Source: Lentisphaeria bacterium
GTDB lineage: Bacteria; Verrucomicrobiota; Lentisphaeria; Victivallales; UBA1829
NCBI GenBank assembly: GCA_017524965.1
Contig: JAFXUM010000190.1
Location: 1 to 38,552 of the forward strand
DNA: 38,552 nucleotides
Direction: 5' to 3'
Positions within the stretch are counted from its first letter, which is position 1; each line of letters begins with the position of its first letter. Of the stretch, positions 33,354 to 38,552 are shown one piece after another. Below the pieces are notes generated by a model. That model was not told the DNA's origin and ran no database searches. It was given only the letters and a program-made list of their open reading frames with translations. The position numbers were made by a program, and so were the translations under genes.

Positions 33354-35276
33354 TCAGTGCACGTACACCCGGAGCACGGTCCCGCGGAACAGCACCCCGC
33401 GGTCGGGTTTCGCCGCCTTGAAGATGAGGTCGGGACCGAAGTAGAACCCCGGCTGCGTCGGCTGGTTGTACGCCACGTTCTGCGTGGCGAGGCTGATGCG
33501 GTACACCGGGTCCTCCAGGAACGTGTGGAACCGGTACGCGGTCGGGATGGTCGAGACATACAGGCGGAGGTGAGCGTTGTCGTTGGTGCGCATGAGCACC
33601 TCCTCGCGCCAGTCGCCGAAGATGTCTCCCTGGAGGCACGGCGTGGACTTCGTGCCGTTGTTGGACGAGCATCCCTCGAACCGCATGAGCGGCGTGCACG
33701 TCCCCTGCGCGGCGTTGTACTTCGTGACCGTGTTGCCGTCGAGCAGTTCGCGGCACAGGTCGTCGTCCCACCACACCGCCATGTTGATGGAAAGCCCGCG
33801 CGGATTGCCGCCCAGCGCCTCGCCCTTCACGGTCTGCGGCGGGATGCCGGACGCCCACATTTCGACGCCGGGGCTGGTCGGGTCGATGTCGGCCGCCATG
33901 CAGCGCCCGACGTCGGTGTTGTGCCGGACCTGGTGCAGGATCTTCCCGGTGGCGGCGTCGCGGAACGTCGCGCCGTCGCGCTTGTTCTCGTGGCAGCACC
34001 ACACCTGGAGGCCGGGCATGTCCCACGCGAACTGCGTCAGGTGCATGGCGTCGCCGTGCCCGAGCCCGGTCGTGTACAGACCCTTTCCGTCGTGGTCGAT
34101 CGTGCACGATCCGTACACGATCTCGTCCTTGCCGTCGCCGTCCACGTCGCCCACGCGCAGATTGTGGTTGCCCTGCCCCGCGTAGCCCCGGTTGTCCGGC
34201 TCGTTGGAATCGAACGTCCAGCGTTTTTTGAGGTACTGACCGTCCCAGTCGTACGCCGCCAGATACGCCCGCGTGTAGTACCCGCGGCACATGATCACGC
34301 TCGGACGTTCGCCGTCCAGATACCCGACCGCCGCCAGGAACCTGTCGCAGCGGTTGCCGTAGTTGTCGCCCCAGTCGCGCATGTTGCCGCGCGGCACGTC
34401 GTACGGGATGGTCTCGAGCGCGGCCCCGGTTTTGCCGGAGAAGACGGTCAGATATTCGGGTCCGGTGAGGATGCGACCCGCCGGGGTGCGGTAGTCGGCG
34501 GACGCGTCGCCGATGACCTTGCCTGTGCCGTCGACCGTGCCGTCCGCGGTCTTGCAGACGACCTCCGCGATGCCGTCGCAGTCAAGGTCGTAGACCATGA
34601 ACTGCGTGTAATGCGCCCCGGCGCGGATGTTCCTGCCGAGATCGATGCGCCAGAGTTTTTCAGGGCGTCCGAGCTTGTAGCAGTCCAGATACACGTTTCC
34701 GGTGTAGCCGTCGTGCGCGTTGTCGTGCGCGTTCGAGGGATCCCATTTCAATATGATCTCGAACTCGCCGTCGCCGTCCACGTCGCCCACCGAAGCGTCG
34801 TTCGGCGAATACGTGTACGCTTCTCCGTTCGGCGCTTTGCCGTCCGCGGGCTTGTCCAGCGGGATGTCCACGTACCCGGCCGGGGCGTTCTCCGGCAGCG
34901 TGTACGACGCGGACGCTTCGTCCAGCTCCTTCCCCCCGGCGACCGGCTTCACCGTGTACACGCCGCCGCCTTTGTTTTTATCGACAAAATACGTCGCCTC
35001 GCTGACAGGGTATTCGTTGAGCTTCTTCCCGTCGCGGTACACATTGAACGACGTAAGCCGCGCATCCTTCGAGAGATAGCGCCAGGTCACGAACACCTCG
35101 TCGGCGTTCATGCGGACCGCGATCACGCCGCGTCCGAGCTTTTCGCGTTTGAGCTTCGTGAAATCGTATTTGGTCGGCGGCTGGATCTCCACCGGCTCGC
35201 GCTGGGCGAAAAGGCTCTGCGCGGGGACCGCCAGCGCGAACGCCGCCGCGGCCGCGAATAAGAATCTGTGCAACAT
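33354..35276 (-). CDS. Rhamnogalacturonan lyase, PL11 (YesW/YesX-like), secreted
   Basis: EKLGRGVIAV, YSPNDASVGDVDGDGEFEIILKWDP, NIRAGAHYTQF, CRGYYTR, GQGNHNL, GHGDAMH, NNGTKSTP, GDWREE, AYNQP; SPI signal peptide. Confidence 0.95.
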   Translation of the reverse strand: MLHRFLFAAAAAFALAVPAQSLFAQREPVEIQPPTKYDFTKLKREKLGRGVIAVRMNADEVFVTWRYLSKDARLTSFNVYRDGKKLNEYPVSEATYFVDKNKGGGVYTVKPVAGGKELDEASASYTLPENAPAGYVDIPLDKPADGKAPNGEAYTYSPNDASVGDVDGDGEFEIILKWDPSNAHDNAHDGYTGNVYLDCYKLGRPEKLWRIDLGRNIRAGAHYTQFMVYDLDCDGIAEVVCKTADGTVDGTGKVIGDASADYRTPAGRILTGPEYLTVFSGKTGAALETIPYDVPRGNMRDWGDNYGNRCDRFLAAVGYLDGERPSVIMCRGYYTRAYLAAYDWDGQYLKKRWTFDSNEPDNRGYAGQGNHNLRVGDVDGDGKDEIVYGSCTIDHDGKGLYTTGLGHGDAMHLTQFAWDMPGLQVWCCHENKRDGATFRDAATGKILHQVRHNTDVGRCMAADIDPTSPGVEMWASGIPPQTVKGEALGGNPRGLSINMAVWWDDDLCRELLDGNTVTKYNAAQGTCTPLMRFEGCSSNNGTKSTPCLQGDIFGDWREEVLMRTNDNAHLRLYVSTIPTAYRFHTFLEDPVYRISLATQNVAYNQPTQPGFYFGPDLIFKAAKPDRGVLFRGTVLRVYVH

Positions 35277-35299
35277 TGATCAGTCTCCTTGGGGGTGGT

Positions 35300-37312
35300 T
35301 CATTTGGGGATGGGAGCAAGTTTCGGGAAATAGGTGCCGCGGAAGAACGCGCCGGAACCGAAGAGGTCGGGTCCGAAGTAGAATCCGGGCTGCGTCGGCT
35401 GGTTGTAGCAGATGTTCTCCAGTGCGAGGCTGATGCGGTACACCGGCTCCTCCAGGAACGTGTGGAATTTGAACGTGGTCGGGATGGTCGAGACGTACAG
35501 CCGGAGGTTGCGGTTGTCGGTGGTGCGCATCAGCACCTCCTCGCGCCAGTCGCCGAAGAGGTCGCCCTGGAGGCACGGCGTCGCCTTCGTGCCGTTGTTC
35601 GAGTCGCAGTTGTCGAACGTCATCATGGTGACGAACGCCCCGCTGTCGTAGTCGTACTTGGAGACGCGGTTCTTGTCGAGGAGTTCGCGGCACAGGTCGC
35701 CGTCCCACCACACCGCCATGTTCACGGAGATCCCGCGCGGATTCGCCGCCACGGACTCGCCCTTCACGCTCTGCATGCCGATGCCGGACCACGCCCACAT
35801 TTCGAGGCCGGGATTCACGGAATCCACGTCCGCCGCCATGCAGCGTCCGACGTCGTTATTGTTCCTGATCTGGAAGATGATCCTGCCCGTGGCGGCGTCG
35901 CGAAGCGTCACGCCGTCGCGCTTGTTCTCATGGCAGCACCACACCTGAAGCCCGGGCATATCCATCGCGAACTGCGTCATCTGCATGGCGTCGCCGTGTC
36001 CGAGCCCGGTCGTGTAGAGGCCGGTGCCGTCGTGGTCGATCGTGCAGGAACCATATACAATTTCGTCCTTTCCGTCGCCGTCCACGTCGCCAACGCGCAG
36101 ATTATGGTTGCCCTGCCCCTCGTAGCCCTTCCAGCGCGGGTCCTTCGCGGTATCGAAATTCCACCTCATTTTCAGGTCCTTGCCGTCCCAGTCGTAGCAC
36201 GCCAGCGCGGCGCGCGTGTAATACCCCCGGCACATCACCACGCTCGGGCGTCCGTCGTCGGAGAAGAACCCCATCGCGGCGAGGTAACGGTCGCTCCGGT
36301 TCGCGTAGTTGTCGCCCCAGGCCATGCCGTCGCCGCGCGGCGGCTCGTAGTCGATCGTCTTGAGCGCCGCGCCGTCCTTGCAGGAGAACACGGTCAGGTA
36401 TTCCGGGCCGCTCATGATGCGGCCGCGGTTGTGCGTCCCGGCGGGATTTGCCCCGGTCTTGCGGAAATCGACCTCGGGGAGCTGGACCATGTCGCTGCCC
36501 TTCTCGCGCCAGTCGGCGTCCGGGTCGCCGATGACCTTGCCCGTGCCGTCGACCGTGCCGTCCGCGGTCTTCATCACGATCTCGGAGACGCCGTCGCCGT
36601 CGAAATCGTACACCACGAACTGCGTATAGTGCGCCCCGGCGCGGATGTTCCTGCCCATGTCGATGCGCCACAGCTTCGTGCCGTCGAGCTTGTAGCAGTC
36701 GAAATACACGTTGCCGGTGTACCCGTCGTGCGCGTTGTCGTGCGCGTTCGAGGGGTCCCACTTCAAGATGATCTCGAACTCGCCGTCGCCGTCCGCGTCG
36801 CCCACGGACGCGTCGTTCGGCGAATACGTGTACGCCTCGCCGGACGGGGTCACGCCGTCGGCGGGCTTGTCGAGCGCGATGTTGATGTAGCCCTCCGGGG
36901 CTTTGTCCGGCAGCGTGAACGCCGCGCTCCGTTCGTCCTTCTCGCGCCCGTTCACGACCGGCTTCACGCTGTACGTGCCGCCGCCCTTGTTGGAGTCGAT
37001 ATAAAAGGTGGTCAGGCTCACGGGCGTGGGATTGACGCGCTGTCCGTCGCGGTACACGTTGAACGCGACATCGGCGGGGTCGCCCGAGAGATACCGCCAC
37101 GAGACGAAGACTTCATCTTTGTTCCGGCGGACCGCGATCACGCCGCGTCCGAGTTTCTCCATCCTGAGCTTCGAGAAGTCGTATTTTCCCTGCGACGCGG
37201 GCAGGATCACGGCGTCGGACGGGATGGCGGAGGGCGTTTCGCGGGCGGAGTCGCAGGAGACGAGTCCGGCGAGAGAAAGGACGGCGAGCGGAATCAGGCG
37301 GTTCAGTTTCAT
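35300..37312 (-). CDS. Rhamnogalacturonan lyase, PL11, lipoprotein paralogue
   Basis: Same PL11 motifs; MKLNRLIPLAVLSLAGLVSC lipobox; start set at ATG 37312. Confidence 0.95.
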   Translation of the reverse strand: MKLNRLIPLAVLSLAGLVSCDSARETPSAIPSDAVILPASQGKYDFSKLRMEKLGRGVIAVRRNKDEVFVSWRYLSGDPADVAFNVYRDGQRVNPTPVSLTTFYIDSNKGGGTYSVKPVVNGREKDERSAAFTLPDKAPEGYINIALDKPADGVTPSGEAYTYSPNDASVGDADGDGEFEIILKWDPSNAHDNAHDGYTGNVYFDCYKLDGTKLWRIDMGRNIRAGAHYTQFVVYDFDGDGVSEIVMKTADGTVDGTGKVIGDPDADWREKGSDMVQLPEVDFRKTGANPAGTHNRGRIMSGPEYLTVFSCKDGAALKTIDYEPPRGDGMAWGDNYANRSDRYLAAMGFFSDDGRPSVVMCRGYYTRAALACYDWDGKDLKMRWNFDTAKDPRWKGYEGQGNHNLRVGDVDGDGKDEIVYGSCTIDHDGTGLYTTGLGHGDAMQMTQFAMDMPGLQVWCCHENKRDGVTLRDAATGRIIFQIRNNNDVGRCMAADVDSVNPGLEMWAWSGIGMQSVKGESVAANPRGISVNMAVWWDGDLCRELLDKNRVSKYDYDSGAFVTMMTFDNCDSNNGTKATPCLQGDLFGDWREEVLMRTTDNRNLRLYVSTIPTTFKFHTFLEEPVYRISLALENICYNQPTQPGFYFGPDLFGSGAFFRGTYFPKLAPIPK

Positions 37313-37368
37313 GGGGAAGATCCGTTTATCTGGCTGAAAAAGATACGCGTTACAATGCGGACGGGGCA

Positions 37369-37397
37369 AATATAGCACGATTCCGGCGGATTGTCAA
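37369..37397 (-). promoter_or_regulatory. sigma70 promoter for the PL11 pair
   Basis: TTGACA-N17-TATATT with TGc extended -10. Confidence 0.75.
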
Positions 37398-37429
37398 GGT
37401 TTTTTTGCCGTTTTCTTTGCCTTTCAAGA

Positions 37430-37457
37430 TTGATTTCCGCTGTTCCCGCTGTATGTT
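37430..37457 (+). promoter_or_regulatory. sigma70-type promoter for the ABC ATPase gene
   Basis: TTGATT-N16-TATGTT. Confidence 0.55.
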
Positions 37458-37487
37458 ATTATAGTGTATTTATCCCGGAGACCAGCC

Positions 37488-38507
37488 ATGCCTTTGCTCG
37501 ACGTCAAAAACCTTTCCGTTCAGTTCCGCACAGACGGCGGACTTCAGCCCACCGTCACCGATGTCTCGTTCACGCTCGAAAAGGGCGAAATGCTCGCGCT
37601 CGTCGGCGAAAGCGGCTGCGGCAAAAGCGTCACCTGCATGTCGCTCGCGCGCCTGCTCCCGGAACCCCCGGTCGTACTCTCCGGCGAAGTCATGCTCGAC
37701 CGCGGCCCGGCGCTCGGCGGCGTGGCGGACGTGCTTCAGCTCAACGAACGCAGCCTGCGCCAGGTGCGAGGCGGCTGCATCTCGTATATCTTCCAGGAAC
37801 CCTCCGTGTCCCTGAACCCGGTCTTCCGCGTGGGCGACCAGATCGCCGAGGCGGTCAAACTCCACCGCAAGGACGTCTCCGACCCGTTCGCCGAAGCCGT
37901 CGAACTGCTGCGCCAGGTCGGCATCCCAGACCCCGCCAACCGTGCGAAACAGTATCCGCACGAGATGTCCGGCGGCATGCAGCAGCGCGTGATGATCGCC
38001 ATGGCGCTCGGGTGCGCGCCCTCGATTCTGGTGGCGGACGAGCCGACCACGGCGCTCGACGTAACGATCCAGGCGCAGATCCTCGATCTCCTGCTCTCGC
38101 TCAAGAAGGACCGCGGCATGGCGGTGATCCTCGTCACGCACAACCTCGGCATCGTCGCCGAACTCGCCGACCGCGTCGCCGTCATGTACGCCGGACGCAT
38201 CATCGAGACGGCGCCCGTCGCCGAGCTCATCGCGCATCCGAAGCATCCGTACACCTCCGCGCTCATCCGCGCCGTCCCCGTGCTCGGCGGCGAACACAAC
38301 CGCCTGAACACCATCCGCGGCACGGTCCCCTCCCCCGACAAGTTCGGGCGCGGATGCCGTTTCTGCGACCGCTGCGAACACGCCGACACGCTCACGCCGG
38401 AGCAGCGCCGCCGCTGCCAGGAGGAGCCGCCGGCCCTCCGCGAACTCGTCCCCGGCCACGCCTGCGCCTGCCATTATCCACCCTGCATGACGGGGAAGGA
38501 GGCCTGA
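37488..38507 (+). CDS. Oligopeptide/dipeptide ABC transporter ATP-binding subunit (OppD/DppD)
   Basis: Walker A GESGCGKS, IFQEP, YPHEMSGGMQQR, ADEPTTALDVTIQAQI, HPYT, C-terminal CRFCDRC...CACH. Confidence 0.95.
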   Translation: MPLLDVKNLSVQFRTDGGLQPTVTDVSFTLEKGEMLALVGESGCGKSVTCMSLARLLPEPPVVLSGEVMLDRGPALGGVADVLQLNERSLRQVRGGCISYIFQEPSVSLNPVFRVGDQIAEAVKLHRKDVSDPFAEAVELLRQVGIPDPANRAKQYPHEMSGGMQQRVMIAMALGCAPSILVADEPTTALDVTIQAQILDLLLSLKKDRGMAVILVTHNLGIVAELADRVAVMYAGRIIETAPVAELIAHPKHPYTSALIRAVPVLGGEHNRLNTIRGTVPSPDKFGRGCRFCDRCEHADTLTPEQRRRCQEEPPALRELVPGHACACHYPPCMTGKEA

Positions 38508-38508
38508 C

Positions 38509-38552
38509 GTGCCCTCCGTTTCCGCCACAGCCGACAGAAAAAACAGCCCGGC
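38509..38552 (+). CDS. Probable start of the next gene (possibly OppF/DppF partner), truncated
   Basis: AAGGAGG SD then GTG at 38509 just after the oppD stop; too short to identify. Confidence 0.4.
   Translation, partial: MPSVSATADRKNSP

Noticed and set aside
31854-35261. 1135-aa plus-strand ORF and other very long antisense ORFs (6642-9110, 12192-14882, 15443-17590, 21044-23398, 35276-37375)
   Set aside because: They shadow well-supported genes and have no recognisable motifs; high GC and strong codon bias remove stops from the antisense frame.

Overview
GC-rich bacterial chromosomal window. The gene order rpsF-ssb-rpsR-rplI-dnaB-bamA, CAZyme genes without SusC/D partners and a BspA-type LRR protein suggest a PVC-superphylum gut or rumen anaerobe such as Lentisphaerae (inference, not verified). 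Left part (minus strand): partial mlaE, an NYN + cold-shock fusion, a TPM/LemA pair, cysE, yicC, an unknown two-repeat lipoprotein, then a long housekeeping run prs-rplY-pth-rpsF-ssb-rpsR-rplI-dnaB-bamA. Middle: GH51 arabinofuranosidase, a tnpA-only IS200/IS605 element sitting between that gene and its probable terminator, a BspA-like LRR protein and a GH31 glycosidase. Right: an uncharacterised cluster (ECF sigma, ZAS anti-sigma, a secreted protein with a PEP-CTERM-like 'GEPLPA-TM-RRRR' tail coupled to a large membrane-anchored TPR protein, and a Cys-rich U32-family protein), then nadD-rsfS-hypothetical, a CCA-adding enzyme, two tandem PL11 rhamnogalacturonan lyases and an OppD/DppD ATPase. 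Best leads: the GEPLPA-CTERM/TPR/U32 module; a 41-bp two-copy hairpin repeat with compensatory changes and a structured ~260-nt leader upstream of prs; a D-to-N change at an NYN catalytic position; and a window-wide promoter pattern favouring 16-bp spacers. No tRNA, rRNA or CRISPR array was seen. All family calls come from motif recognition by eye; no searches were run.
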